DNA of 49,584 bases, from contig JBFHHS010000001.1 in NCBI GenBank assembly GCA_041596895.1, positions 1 through 49,584 of the forward strand, read 5' to 3'. Under the pieces are notes generated by a model, which was given only the letters and a program-made list of their open reading frames with translations, was not told where the DNA came from and did not search any database. The translations under genes were made by a program, and so were the position numbers. Shown here piece after piece: positions 35,359-44,676 of this stretch. Position 1 is the first letter of the stretch; each line of letters opens with the position of its first letter. This DNA comes from Crocinitomicaceae bacterium (GTDB taxonomy: Bacteria > Bacteroidota > Bacteroidia > Flavobacteriales_D > Crocinitomicaceae).

Positions 35359-36966
35359 TTAGAAGTTAAGAAACCCTTCTACTTCGCGTTCGAACTCTTC
35401 ATCAGTCACTTTGCTATAGATGGGAATAATAGGTTCCTCAGAGGCTTGAGTCGTTTCTTTTGCCAAGTACATTTCACCGTCGATAATCTTAAGACTAATT
35501 AGTACAATGTCTATTCCTTCTGGAATTTTTTCAAAAGTGTCGTAGCTAGAGAAACGATCATATCCGTCAGGAGCGGTTAAACTGTTTATCGAAGGAAAAA
35601 TCAGGTAAATAATTTCGGACCCAAGACCAATATCCACCTTTTTTAGTTTTACAGTAATATCCTTTCCAGGGTAATCTGCCAAAGCGCTTCTATCACAGTT
35701 CACATACCCCATTTGAGTAACATTGAAGAGGTACTTTTTCTTTTCTTCTGCTTTCTCTGCATTGATTTCACCATTTTTAACCCCTTTATTATAAATGCGT
35801 TTGTCTTCTCCTTTGATTGATTTATTGTTGTTTGCGAAAAAGCGAAATAGTTTGACACCTGCTTTTGCTGCGCCACTAGTTTCAGAAATTTCATCTAAAG
35901 CAAAGTTTCCTACTTCTTTTCCAACTTCAACAGCGAGTTGCTTAAAGTCGATTTTAGAGGGTTTTTGGTAAGTTGGAATATTATTAAGTTCCCATTTAAT
36001 GCCATTTGCTGATTCTACACCATTATATAATTGCATATCAGATTTATATCCAATAGAATCTTCTCTTGGTACGCCAATGGTTATTGGCTTTTGTAGGTCT
36101 AATGATTCACCCTTTTCATCACTGGCCTCAATATAAAGCATACCGCCAGACTCTAACCATGTACCTGAGGTTGTTTTGGTGTTTAGTTTTGCAGCCATAA
36201 TCGATTTAATGTCGTAAAACTCTTGAACTGATAAATTTACTTCGGTTGGAACGGTACCGTCTTTTCGAACAAATGTTTCTTCCTGAACCAAAAGAAGTGT
36301 ATGTTTATCGGTAAGCATGGCTTTGCTTTGACTTTGATCAAAAATCGCAATAATAGTATCTGGTACGTATTGTGTGATAAATGCACTCAATTGAAGACTG
36401 TCAGCTTCATTTTTAACCTGTTGCGCTCTTGTTATTGTTTGAACCTCCTCTATTTGATCTATTTCCGTTTGGTTGTACTCTAATTCACCATTTTTTGAAC
36501 CATCAACTGCTGCTTGTTCGTCGTTGGTTATAATCTGGTCCTTGCAGGCATACTTAACAACAAGATGAACGCGCCGATTATTTGAATTATAATCTTGTAG
36601 AATTAGCTTCGCATTGTTGTTGTTTTCACCATGAAAATCACTCTTTACAAGAGATTGATATTTTGTTGGAATTAGGTTTTGAATGAACTCCACACGTTTT
36701 TTAGAAAGCTGATTGTTATAAAACTGATTACCAGTTGAATCTGTATGCCCAGACAGTTGAATTAATAAAACATCATTATTCAATAATTTAGAGAGTTCAT
36801 TTTTTACTTGAGATACTGGTGATATTGTTGATTGATCGAAGTCAAAAAAGAAATATGTATCATCATCACACTTTGTTGTTTGTGCATATAGGTTCACAGA
36901 AGTTAAACCAAAGAAAACTGTAAAATAGAATAATCGAAGTAGCATAATGTATAGTTTGGTTGGCAT
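35359..36966 (-). CDS. Secreted protein with N-terminal OmpA_C-like domain and ~390-aa C-terminal region of unknown function
   Basis: It has a signal peptide (LLRLFYFTVFFGLTSVNLYAQ). FFFDFDQSTISPVSQ...LIQLSGHTDSTGNQFYNNQLSKKRVEFIQNLI...NRRVHLVV is the OmpA/MotB peptidoglycan-binding pattern. I recognise nothing in the rest. The start may instead be ATG 36945. Confidence 0.7.
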   Translation of the reverse strand: MPTKLYIMLLRLFYFTVFFGLTSVNLYAQTTKCDDDTYFFFDFDQSTISPVSQVKNELSKLLNNDVLLIQLSGHTDSTGNQFYNNQLSKKRVEFIQNLIPTKYQSLVKSDFHGENNNNAKLILQDYNSNNRRVHLVVKYACKDQIITNDEQAAVDGSKNGELEYNQTEIDQIEEVQTITRAQQVKNEADSLQLSAFITQYVPDTIIAIFDQSQSKAMLTDKHTLLLVQEETFVRKDGTVPTEVNLSVQEFYDIKSIMAAKLNTKTTSGTWLESGGMLYIEASDEKGESLDLQKPITIGVPREDSIGYKSDMQLYNGVESANGIKWELNNIPTYQKPSKIDFKQLAVEVGKEVGNFALDEISETSGAAKAGVKLFRFFANNNKSIKGEDKRIYNKGVKNGEINAEKAEEKKKYLFNVTQMGYVNCDRSALADYPGKDITVKLKKVDIGLGSEIIYLIFPSINSLTAPDGYDRFSSYDTFEKIPEGIDIVLISLKIIDGEMYLAKETTQASEEPIIPIYSKVTDEEFEREVEGFLNF

Positions 36967-37043
36967 CTTTTAACAAATGATATACCAAATTTAAAAATAG
37001 ACCAAATCATTTTTGTTGAGGAAGAAAAAATTCTAAATTTTTA

Positions 37044-37095
37044 TTTAGAAGCAAAAAGGGGGAAAACAATTGTTTTCCCCCTTTTTGCTTCTAAA
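37044..37095. terminator. 52-bp perfect palindrome, copy 2 of the repeated terminator element (likely his operon terminator)
   Basis: TTTAGAAGCAAAAAGGGGGAAAACAA|TTGTTTTCCCCCTTTTTGCTTCTAAA is perfectly self-complementary. It lies between the hisIE stop (37317) and the start of the OmpA-like gene (36966). Confidence 0.8.
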
Positions 37096-37316
37096 CTATT
37101 AGCTAACTACTACTTTCGCTAATCCAAATTAACATTTGGTTACTTGCTACTCAAAGGTGCTTCTTTAATTTTAATCTAATTTCAGTTTTAATTCATTTTA
37201 ACTCGCACCTATACCCGTCCAAGTTGAAGAATTTAACCACAGAATCTATCAAAGAGATGCGTGAATCAAGAAAAACTGCAGCTAGAACAAAAGCTCACTT
37301 TCTCATAGATACAGTT

Positions 37317-37904
37317 CTATTTATTTCGTGATTTCAAAACATTTTCAATCTCGTTCAAAGTAATACCTTTTGCTTTTAAAAGAAGTATATAATGGTACAT
37401 CAAATCAGCAGCTTCATTTTTGAATAAGTCGACGTTATCATCTTTCGCCTCAATGACTAGTTCAATGGCTTCTTCCCCAACCTTTTGGGCTACTTTGTTT
37501 ATCCCGCATTTGTATAATTCGTTCGTATATGAAGTTGAATCATCGGTGTCAATGCGATCACTAATCGTTTGTTCAAGTGAATAAATGAAGCCTTTATTTG
37601 TTTCTTTTGGAAAACAAGAGGTGGATCCTGTATGACAGGTTGGTCCGTCTGGCTTGGCTAGAATTAGAATCGTGTCTTGATCACAGTCAATTTGAATATC
37701 TACGACATTAAGATAATTCTGGGATGATTCTCCTTTGGTCCATAGTCTATTTTTACTTCTACTAAAGAAAGTAACGCGTTTTTCTTTTTGTGTTTTTTGA
37801 AAAGCTTCTTCATTCATGTATCCCAACATCAACACTTGGAGTGTTTCTACGTTTTGAATAATTGCTGGAATGAGTCCTTCTCCTTTGTTAAAATCTAGTT
37901 GCAT
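37317..37904 (-). CDS. hisIE: Bifunctional phosphoribosyl-AMP cyclohydrolase / phosphoribosyl-ATP diphosphatase
   Basis: The HisI block is GLIPAIIQ...MLGYMNEEA...FFSRS...LW.KGE.SG...DCD.D...GP.CHTG..SCF. The HisE block is KVGEEAIELVIEAKD...EAADLMYH. Confidence 0.93.
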   Translation of the reverse strand: MQLDFNKGEGLIPAIIQNVETLQVLMLGYMNEEAFQKTQKEKRVTFFSRSKNRLWTKGESSQNYLNVVDIQIDCDQDTILILAKPDGPTCHTGSTSCFPKETNKGFIYSLEQTISDRIDTDDSTSYTNELYKCGINKVAQKVGEEAIELVIEAKDDNVDLFKNEAADLMYHYILLLKAKGITLNEIENVLKSRNK

Positions 37905-38653
37905 CGTACGGGTATGTTTTGTTCGTTTAAGTTTTGCTTTAATGTTCGAATTGTAATTTCACCATAATGAAAAATACTTGCTGCCAATCCGGCTGTAACC
38001 TTAGTTTTAGTGAATAATTCATTAAAATCTCCAATCGAACCAGCGCCTCCTGAAGCGATTACTGGAATATTAACTTGTCGACTTACTTGATCTGTAATAT
38101 CCAAAGCAAATCCCGATTTCGTTCCGTCATTATTCATTGAGGTTAAAAGGATTTCACCAGCACCTAATTCTGCGGCTTTTTTCGCCCAATCGACAGTTTT
38201 TAGATTTGTTTCCGTTCTTCCGCCATGAATGAATACGCACCATTCTCCGGATTTAAACTTAGTATCTATCGCCACTACAACGCATTGACTACCGAATTGA
38301 GAGGCAATTTCCGAAATCAATTCAGGTCGTTTAATTGCTGAGGAATTAATACTGACTTTATCTGCTCCTGCATTTATGATTGCTTTAACATCATTTACAG
38401 AGTTGATTCCTCCACCAACAGTAAAAGGGATATCGATTACCTTTGAAATTTCCTCGACAAGTGAAACTAGAGTTGCACGATTTTCAATTGTTGCCGTTAT
38501 GTCTAGGAACACTAATTCATCGGCTCCTTCTTCAACATAGCGTTTTGCTAGTTCAATGGGGTCTCCAGCATCTTTGATTCCAATAAAATTTATTCCTTTC
38601 ACTGTTCTTCCATTCATAATGTCCAAACATGGAATGATTCTCTTTTTTAACAT
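37895..38653 (-). CDS. hisF: Imidazole glycerol phosphate synthase, cyclase subunit
   Basis: [26 protein letters not shown] and GGGI...GADKVSINS are classic HisF blocks. It overlaps hisIE by 10 nt. Confidence 0.95.
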   Translation of the reverse strand: MLKKRIIPCLDIMNGRTVKGINFIGIKDAGDPIELAKRYVEEGADELVFLDITATIENRATLVSLVEEISKVIDIPFTVGGGINSVNDVKAIINAGADKVSINSSAIKRPELISEIASQFGSQCVVVAIDTKFKSGEWCVFIHGGRTETNLKTVDWAKKAAELGAGEILLTSMNNDGTKSGFALDITDQVSRQVNIPVIASGGAGSIGDFNELFTKTKVTAGLAASIFHYGEITIRTLKQNLNEQNIPVRCN

Positions 38654-39360
38654 AACGTTCGAAGTTCTTTTAATGAAATGTATCCTTCGTAAATTGCCTT
38701 ACCTAGAATGGCACCTTCACATCCAAGATTGCTCAATTTCCTGAGGTCAGATATTGTTGATATTCCTCCACTAGCGATTAGATTTACGTTCGATTGGGTA
38801 ATGATTTCTTCGTATAACTGAATGGAAGGGCCCTGCAGCATGCCATCTTTTGAAATGTCAGTGCAAATCACATTATTAATTCCCTTTAAGGTATAGTTTT
38901 TAATAAAATCAATCACATCAAGTTCGGTACTCTCTAGCCAACCTTGTGTTGCGATTTTACGATTGAGACAATCTGCACCTAAAATGATTTTATCTGCACC
39001 ATATTTATTGATCCAGTTTATAAAAGTGAACGGGTTGTTTACCGCAATGCTTCCGCCAGTAACTTGATTTGCGCCTGATTCAAACGCAACTCGAATGTCG
39101 TTATCAGATTTAATTCCTCCTCCAAAATCTACCGACAATGAGGTTTGAGAGGCAATCTTTTCAAGGATATTATAGTTGATTATTTGCTTTGATTTTGCAC
39201 CGTCTAGGTCTACTAGATGTATATTCTGAATACCATTTGCTTCAAACTCTAGTGCAACTTCTAACGGGTTTTCGTTGTAGATTTTTGATGTTGTGTAATC
39301 TCCTTTCGTGAGACGGACACATTTTCCATCGATTATATCTATCGCGGGGATAATTCTCAT
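38647..39360 (-). CDS. hisA: 1-(5-phosphoribosyl)-5-[(5-phosphoribosylamino)methylideneamino]imidazole-4-carboxamide isomerase
   Basis: [33 protein letters not shown] and ASGGIS blocks are present. It lies between hisH and hisF. Confidence 0.93.
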   Translation of the reverse strand: MRIIPAIDIIDGKCVRLTKGDYTTSKIYNENPLEVALEFEANGIQNIHLVDLDGAKSKQIINYNILEKIASQTSLSVDFGGGIKSDNDIRVAFESGANQVTGGSIAVNNPFTFINWINKYGADKIILGADCLNRKIATQGWLESTELDVIDFIKNYTLKGINNVICTDISKDGMLQGPSIQLYEEIITQSNVNLIASGGISTISDLRKLSNLGCEGAILGKAIYEGYISLKELRTLC

Positions 39361-39935
39361 AATTCTAAAAAGGTTTGTAAGATTTCTGATCCAATTCGGG
39401 AAGATTTCTCTGGGTGAAACTGCGTAGCGTAAAAATTGTTTTTTTCCAGAGCAGCACTAAACGGAATGATATATTCTGCTATTGCGGAGGTGTTTTTACA
39501 ACATTCGACATAATAACTGTGAACAAAGTAGACGTCATTCTGTGGATTCCAATTTTTAAAGAGTGTTTTATTTTGAATGGTCAAATTGTTCCAACCCATA
39601 TGTGGAACTATACCGCTGTTTGGGAATCGTTTCACATCAACATCAAATATCCCAAGACATTTTGTTTGTCCTTCTTCGCTATAATTACACATCAACTGTT
39701 GCCCTAGACAAATACCTAAAACAGGTTGTGTTAATTTTGGAATAAGTTCATCGAGTCCATTTTCAACGAGCGATTTCATAGCACTTTTAGCTTCCCCAAC
39801 TCCTGGGAAAATAACTTTTTCAGCACTTTTTATTTTTCTTGGGTCATTGGTAACTTCGCTGGCATATCCAAGTCGCATCACTGCGTTTTGCACCGACTTC
39901 ACATTGCCTGCATTGTATTTAATTATTGCTATCAT
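39357..39935 (-). CDS. hisH: Imidazole glycerol phosphate synthase, glutamine amidotransferase subunit
   Basis: The class-I GATase motifs are [13 protein letters not shown] (the nucleophile Cys) and FVHSY...QFHPEKS. Confidence 0.93.
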   Translation of the reverse strand: MIAIIKYNAGNVKSVQNAVMRLGYASEVTNDPRKIKSAEKVIFPGVGEAKSAMKSLVENGLDELIPKLTQPVLGICLGQQLMCNYSEEGQTKCLGIFDVDVKRFPNSGIVPHMGWNNLTIQNKTLFKNWNPQNDVYFVHSYYVECCKNTSAIAEYIIPFSAALEKNNFYATQFHPEKSSRIGSEILQTFLEL

Positions 39936-41023
39936 AACGTTCCTTTTGTGCTAGGGATCCCATAATTATTCGTTTTTGATACGGCCATTTTTATAGCTTT
40001 TGCAAAGGCTTTGAAAATGGATTCAATTTTATGGTGTTCATTGGTTCCTTCTGCTTTTATGTTGAGGTTGCATTTTGCTCCATCCGTAAATGATTTAAAA
40101 AAGTGCATAAACATTTCAGTCGGCATGTCGCCCACCATTTCACGTTTAAATACAACATCCCAAATCAGCCAAGGTCGCCCACCAAAATCAATTGCAACTT
40201 GCGCCAAACAATCGTCCATGGGTAATAAAAAGCCATATCTTTCAATTCCTTTTTTTGTGCAGAGTGCTTTTTTAAAGGTTTCGCCTAGAGTAATTGCTAC
40301 ATCTTCTATTGTGTGGTGTTCATCAATTTCAAGATCGCCATTGACCTGAATGGATAGGTCGAGATTTCCATGTTTTGCTATTTGTTCAAGCATATGGTCG
40401 AAGAATCCTAACCCAGTATTGATTATGCTCCGTCCAGTTCCGTCAATATTTAGTTCGATTTCAATTTGAGTTTCATTTGTATTTCGTGTTGTTTTTGAAA
40501 TTCTAGGCTTTGCTTTGAGGAAATTGTAAATTTCTTCCCAGCTTGTTGTTGTCAATGAGGCATCTGAATTCATCTTTTCGTTCAAATAAATACTGTTCGA
40601 TTTTAAGTTGACTCCCAGTTCTATATCTGTTAGTCGATCTCCAATTACGTATGATTCAGATAAATTATAATCGCCATAAATGTATTTGTAGAGTAGTCCT
40701 GTTCTTGGTTTACGTGTAGGAGCATTATCTGCTGGAAAACTACGATCTATGAGTATTTCAGAGAATACAACACCTTCATTTTTGAAAGCTTGAATGATTT
40801 TGTTTTGTGCTGGCCAAAAGGTCGCTTCGGGAAATGAACTTGTTCCCAAACCGTCTTGGTTGGTCACCATTACAAGTTCGAAATCGAGTTCTTTGGCAAT
40901 TTTTGAAAGCCATTGAAATACTTCTGGGTAAAACACTAACTTCTCTAAACTATCGAGTTGATAATCCACTGGCGGTTCAATGACTAGGGTACCGTCACGA
41001 TCTATAAATAATACTTTTTTCAT
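39932..41023 (-). CDS. hisB: Bifunctional histidinol-phosphatase / imidazoleglycerol-phosphate dehydratase
   Basis: The N-terminal HAD domain has FIDRDGTL and TNQDGLG. The C-terminal IGPD domain has GFFDHML and [12 protein letters not shown]...NEHH.IES.FKA. Confidence 0.93.
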   Translation of the reverse strand: MKKVLFIDRDGTLVIEPPVDYQLDSLEKLVFYPEVFQWLSKIAKELDFELVMVTNQDGLGTSSFPEATFWPAQNKIIQAFKNEGVVFSEILIDRSFPADNAPTRKPRTGLLYKYIYGDYNLSESYVIGDRLTDIELGVNLKSNSIYLNEKMNSDASLTTTSWEEIYNFLKAKPRISKTTRNTNETQIEIELNIDGTGRSIINTGLGFFDHMLEQIAKHGNLDLSIQVNGDLEIDEHHTIEDVAITLGETFKKALCTKKGIERYGFLLPMDDCLAQVAIDFGGRPWLIWDVVFKREMVGDMPTEMFMHFFKSFTDGAKCNLNIKAEGTNEHHKIESIFKAFAKAIKMAVSKTNNYGIPSTKGTL

Positions 41024-41024
41024 T

Positions 41025-42050
41025 TTATAAGGATTTTAATGTGTTAATGAGTTCTTCATTTTCTTTAGCCGTTCCTACACTTATGCGTATAGTGTTTGGA
41101 ATTAGACTTGATCGATTTCTGGTAATAATTTGTTTTTCAATAAGCGATTGAAAGATATACTCTGTTTTTTTAGTTTCTATTAGAATGAAATTCCCTTCGC
41201 TTGGAAAGACTTTTGTGATGCAATCAATCTTATCAAATGCATGCATTAGCTTTTGTTTTTCCGTTAAAATGGCATTCAGATTAGTGAGGAATTGAGTTTC
41301 ATTTTTCAATGCCATTAACGCCGCATCTTGATTTAATTGACTGACGTTGTAAGGTGGTTTTACTTTGTTCAATAAGGATATGATTTCAGTGCTAGAATAT
41401 CCAATCCCAACGCGTGCCGCTGCTAATCCCCGCGCTTTACTAAATGTTTGGCTAACAATAATATTTGGGTAATCGGATAAGAAGTTGGTCCAAGAAGGTG
41501 AGTCACTAAAATCTATGTATGCTTCATCGACGATTACAATTCCCTTCGTTGATTTGAGTATAGTACCAATAGCTTCTTGGTCTAGAATATTTCCGGTAGG
41601 ATTATTTGGTGAACAAACGAAGACCAATTTCGGTTGAAACGCTTCAATCATAAGTAAGGCCTTTTCTAAATCAATATCAAATGAATTGTTCAATGGACAT
41701 TCCTTCAATTCAATGTTATTCATCGCAGCGGAAACAGTGTACATTCCGTATGTAGGAGTAAATGTCAAGGCAGTGTCTTTGCCTGGTTCACAGAATATTC
41801 GAAAGACAAGATCAATCAATTCATCACTTCCGTTCCCAATAAAGATATTTTTAGGTGTGACTCGATTTTTTTGAGCCAAAAGTCTTTTTAATTCTGCTTG
41901 TTGAGGGTCGGGGTAGCGATTCAAATTACCATATGGGTTTTCATTGGCATCCAAGAATGTACCATCTTTTCCTTTGTATTCATCCCGTGCACTAGAATAG
42001 GGCTTCAGCGTTGCAATATTTGGACGGATTAATAAGTTTAAATCAAACAT
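41025..42050 (-). CDS. hisC: Histidinol-phosphate aminotransferase
   Basis: This is a class-II aminotransferase. It has LDANENP, NPNNPTG, the PLP-Lys context [17 protein letters not shown] and IRISVG. Confidence 0.92.
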   Translation of the reverse strand: MFDLNLLIRPNIATLKPYSSARDEYKGKDGTFLDANENPYGNLNRYPDPQQAELKRLLAQKNRVTPKNIFIGNGSDELIDLVFRIFCEPGKDTALTFTPTYGMYTVSAAMNNIELKECPLNNSFDIDLEKALLMIEAFQPKLVFVCSPNNPTGNILDQEAIGTILKSTKGIVIVDEAYIDFSDSPSWTNFLSDYPNIIVSQTFSKARGLAAARVGIGYSSTEIISLLNKVKPPYNVSQLNQDAALMALKNETQFLTNLNAILTEKQKLMHAFDKIDCITKVFPSEGNFILIETKKTEYIFQSLIEKQIITRNRSSLIPNTIRISVGTAKENEELINTLKSL

Positions 42051-43332
42051 TTTGTATCGAATTTAAGCGTAGTGTGACTGCATTTTTGTGTGCCCAAAGT
42101 GCTTCTGCATCTGCCATAATTTCAATTGAAGGCCCGATGTTGCAGATTCCTTTTTGAGTTAGTTTTTGAAACGTAATTTTCTTGACAAAACTATCGAGAG
42201 AAACCCCACTGTAGTTTTTTGCATAACCATTTGTAGGTAGTGTATGATTCGTTCCGCTGGCATAATCTCCAGCACTTTCACAGCTATAGTTTCCAATAAA
42301 AACCGATCCGGCATTGGTAATTAAGTTGATGTATTGATCTGCGTTTTCAGAAGCTAAAATGAGGTGTTCAGGTGCGTAAGTATTGCTAAATTCAAAACAG
42401 GAATCAATGGTTTTTAATAAAATGGATCGGCTATTTTCTAATGCCTTCTCTGCGATAGATTTTCGAGGCATCGCTTTAATTTGTTTTTCCAATTCTACTT
42501 GAGTTTGTGTCAAGATTATTTCATCATTTGAGAGTAGAATGACTTGACTGTCTGCTCCGTGTTCAGCCTGAGAAAGTAAGTCCGCCGCAATAAACTCAGG
42601 GTTTCCCGTTTCATCCGCAATGATCAATACTTCACTCGGTCCTGCCGGCATATCAATTGCAATACCTGATTGTTGAACAAGTTCTTTCGCTTTAGTAACG
42701 AATTGGTTTCCTGGCCCAAAAATTTTATAAACCTGTGGGATTGTTTCTGTACCAAAAGCCATTGCTGCTATCGCTTGCGCTCCTCCAACTGTATATATTT
42801 TTGTAATTCCGATGAGGTTTGCAGTATACAATATTGCGGGGTTGACTGTTCCATTCTTTTCCGGTGGTGTACATAAAACAACCTCTTTACATCCGGCTAT
42901 TTTTGCGGGAATTCCAAGCATGAGTATGGTAGAAAACAAAGGGGCTGATCCTCCTGGTATATAGAGACCAACTTTTTCTATTCCTATGTTTTTCCTCCAG
43001 CAGTTTACCCCTTCTGAAGTTTCAATTTTTGTTTCAGGTTCTTGTTGCGATTTATGGAAGGTTTCAATATTCGTTTTAGCAAGTTGAATGGCTGTTTTTA
43101 ATTCATCAGACACAAGGTTTGTTGCGTTTAAAATGTCCGATGGTGAAACTTGAAGTGAATCAATAGCTATGCCGTCGAAACGTTTGGTCAAATTTATTAG
43201 AGCTTTGTCTTTACTTGTCTTTACTTCATATAAAATGCCTTCTACGATTTCATTTAATGTGTTTTTCTTTAAAACTGGACGTTCAGATAATTGATTCCAA
43301 GTGGAATTGTTTGGGTACTTATAGTTCTGCAT
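42043..43332 (-). CDS. hisD: Histidinol dehydrogenase
   Basis: GLYIPGGSAPLFSTILM, GGAQAIAAMAFGTE, GPGNQFV and LSQAEHG blocks are present. 429 aa. Confidence 0.95.
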   Translation of the reverse strand: MQNYKYPNNSTWNQLSERPVLKKNTLNEIVEGILYEVKTSKDKALINLTKRFDGIAIDSLQVSPSDILNATNLVSDELKTAIQLAKTNIETFHKSQQEPETKIETSEGVNCWRKNIGIEKVGLYIPGGSAPLFSTILMLGIPAKIAGCKEVVLCTPPEKNGTVNPAILYTANLIGITKIYTVGGAQAIAAMAFGTETIPQVYKIFGPGNQFVTKAKELVQQSGIAIDMPAGPSEVLIIADETGNPEFIAADLLSQAEHGADSQVILLSNDEIILTQTQVELEKQIKAMPRKSIAEKALENSRSILLKTIDSCFEFSNTYAPEHLILASENADQYINLITNAGSVFIGNYSCESAGDYASGTNHTLPTNGYAKNYSGVSLDSFVKKITFQKLTQKGICNIGPSIEIMADAEALWAHKNAVTLRLNSIQNV

Positions 43333-44189
43333 TATAAAACGATTTTGTTAATTGGTATGATTAATATTCCTTCAGCTCCTGCTTGTTTTAGTTCGTCAAT
43401 AACTTCCCAAAACTGATCTTCATCTATGACAGAGTGTAAAGAACTCCATCCCTTTTCGGCGAGGGGAAGAACAGTTGGACTCTTAAGAACGGGTAGTATT
43501 TTACTGATTTGCGGAATGTTTATATTTGGAACATTCATTAATACATATTTGCTGTTTTTGGCTTTTAGAACAGCTTCTATTCGAAACAATAGCTTGTCAA
43601 GAATGGCTTGTTTCTCCACCGAAAGCAGTTTAGATTTTGCTAGAACAGCTTGAGATTTAAGAATTATTGTTGTTTCTCTAAGTCCATTTTTAAATAGAGT
43701 GCTTCCGGTGCTAACTATGTCGCAAATACCATCCGCTAGCCCAATGTTTGGTGCGATTTCAACTGAGCCGGAAATGACGTGTATTTCTGCGTTGATTTTG
43801 TTTTTGGCTAAAAATTTAGAAAGTGTGTTTGGATAAGATGTTGCAATTTTTTTTCCTTCAAAGTAATTTGGTTCGTTCACTTGTACATCCTTAGGAACAG
43901 CAAGTGATAGATTGCATTTGGAAAACCCCAATGGTTTAATTACCTCTACATTTTTCTCCTTTTCAATCAATAGGTTTTCTCCAACAATAGCAATATCTAC
44001 TACCCCATCTTCTAAGTATTGTGGAATATCGGAATTTCGAAGGTAGAGTATCTCTAATGGGAAATTCGGCGTGGTAACTTTTAACTGATCAATACCGTTC
44101 TCAACCTTTATTCCGCAAGATTTAAGGAGTTTTAGCGATTCTTCATTTAACCTTCCGCTTTTTTGGATTGCGATTTTTAGTTTGCTCAT
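43332..44189 (-). CDS. hisG: ATP phosphoribosyltransferase (long form)
   Basis: LKIAIQKSGRL, DIPQYLEDGVVDIAIVG and DIVSTGSTL are present, plus the C-terminal regulatory domain. It is the first gene of the operon, with a TAATG junction to hisD. Confidence 0.93.
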   Translation of the reverse strand: MSKLKIAIQKSGRLNEESLKLLKSCGIKVENGIDQLKVTTPNFPLEILYLRNSDIPQYLEDGVVDIAIVGENLLIEKEKNVEVIKPLGFSKCNLSLAVPKDVQVNEPNYFEGKKIATSYPNTLSKFLAKNKINAEIHVISGSVEIAPNIGLADGICDIVSTGSTLFKNGLRETTIILKSQAVLAKSKLLSVEKQAILDKLLFRIEAVLKAKNSKYVLMNVPNINIPQISKILPVLKSPTVLPLAEKGWSSLHSVIDEDQFWEVIDELKQAGAEGILIIPINKIVL

Positions 44190-44225
44190 TTTTTAATAAA
44201 TAGGACTGAGCAAACCAATAGGAAA

Positions 44226-44259
44226 CAAAAAACCCGTCTGATTTACTCAGACGGGTTTT
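44226..44259 (-). terminator. Intrinsic terminator between the his leader ORF and hisG (candidate attenuator)
   Basis: The minus-strand RNA is AAAACCCGUCUGA-guaaa-UCAGACGGGUUUUUUG. It lies 25 nt after the leader stop and about 36 nt before the hisG ATG. Confidence 0.8.
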
Positions 44260-44284
44260 AGATTATTTCATGTAATTACATAGA

Positions 44285-44347
44285 TCATCTTCTACACACC
44301 TGAGAGGCTGTATGAAAATGATGTTGATGTAATTGTGTAAAATTCAT
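44285..44347 (-). CDS. Candidate his operon leader peptide (MNFTQLHQHHFHTASQVCRR)
   Basis: A 20-codon ATG...TGA ORF has four CAT His codons within six codons (CAT CAA CAT CAT TTT CAT). It lies directly upstream of the terminator and hisG. Confidence 0.6.
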   Translation of the reverse strand: MNFTQLHQHHFHTASQVCRR

Positions 44348-44365
44348 TTCTTGTTTTCTTGACTC

Positions 44366-44394
44366 CAAAACTATAGATTCTTTTTTGAATACAA
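44366..44394 (-). promoter_or_regulatory. Candidate Bacteroidota sigma-A promoter for the his leader/operon
   Basis: On the minus strand, TTG (44394-44392), an 18-nt spacer and TAGTTTTG (44373-44366) match the TAnnTTTG -7 consensus. The box ends 18 nt before the leader ATG. Confidence 0.45.
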
Positions 44395-44412
44395 TGGAGA
44401 AAATTGTTTTTT

Positions 44413-44619
44413 TTATTTTTTCACCTTACAAGTGCTTACTCCAAGAAGTGTGTAAATAGGGCAAAAACTGATTAAACTAGTTAACAAGAAAATTCCTGCG
44501 GCGATCATTAAAATGATACCTAAAGTTCCTGTTACAACCCCTCCAAAGTAAAGTCCTGTTACAATTGCGGCAACGATTAATCTAAAAATTCGATCGCCAT
44601 TTCCCATATTCTTTTTCAT
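44413..44619 (-). CDS. DUF2892 (YgaP-like) small membrane protein
   Basis: 68 aa. N-terminal NMGNGDRIFRLIVAAIV is followed by two hydrophobic helices and a C-terminal Cys-containing end. This is the typical DUF2892 pattern as I recall it. Confidence 0.65.
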   Translation of the reverse strand: MKKNMGNGDRIFRLIVAAIVTGLYFGGVVTGTLGIILMIAAGIFLLTSLISFCPIYTLLGVSTCKVKK

Positions 44620-44676
44620 AATTCAAGTGTTTTGAACAAAGATAATTCGGGCAAATGAAACGTGCAGTGACTAAAG

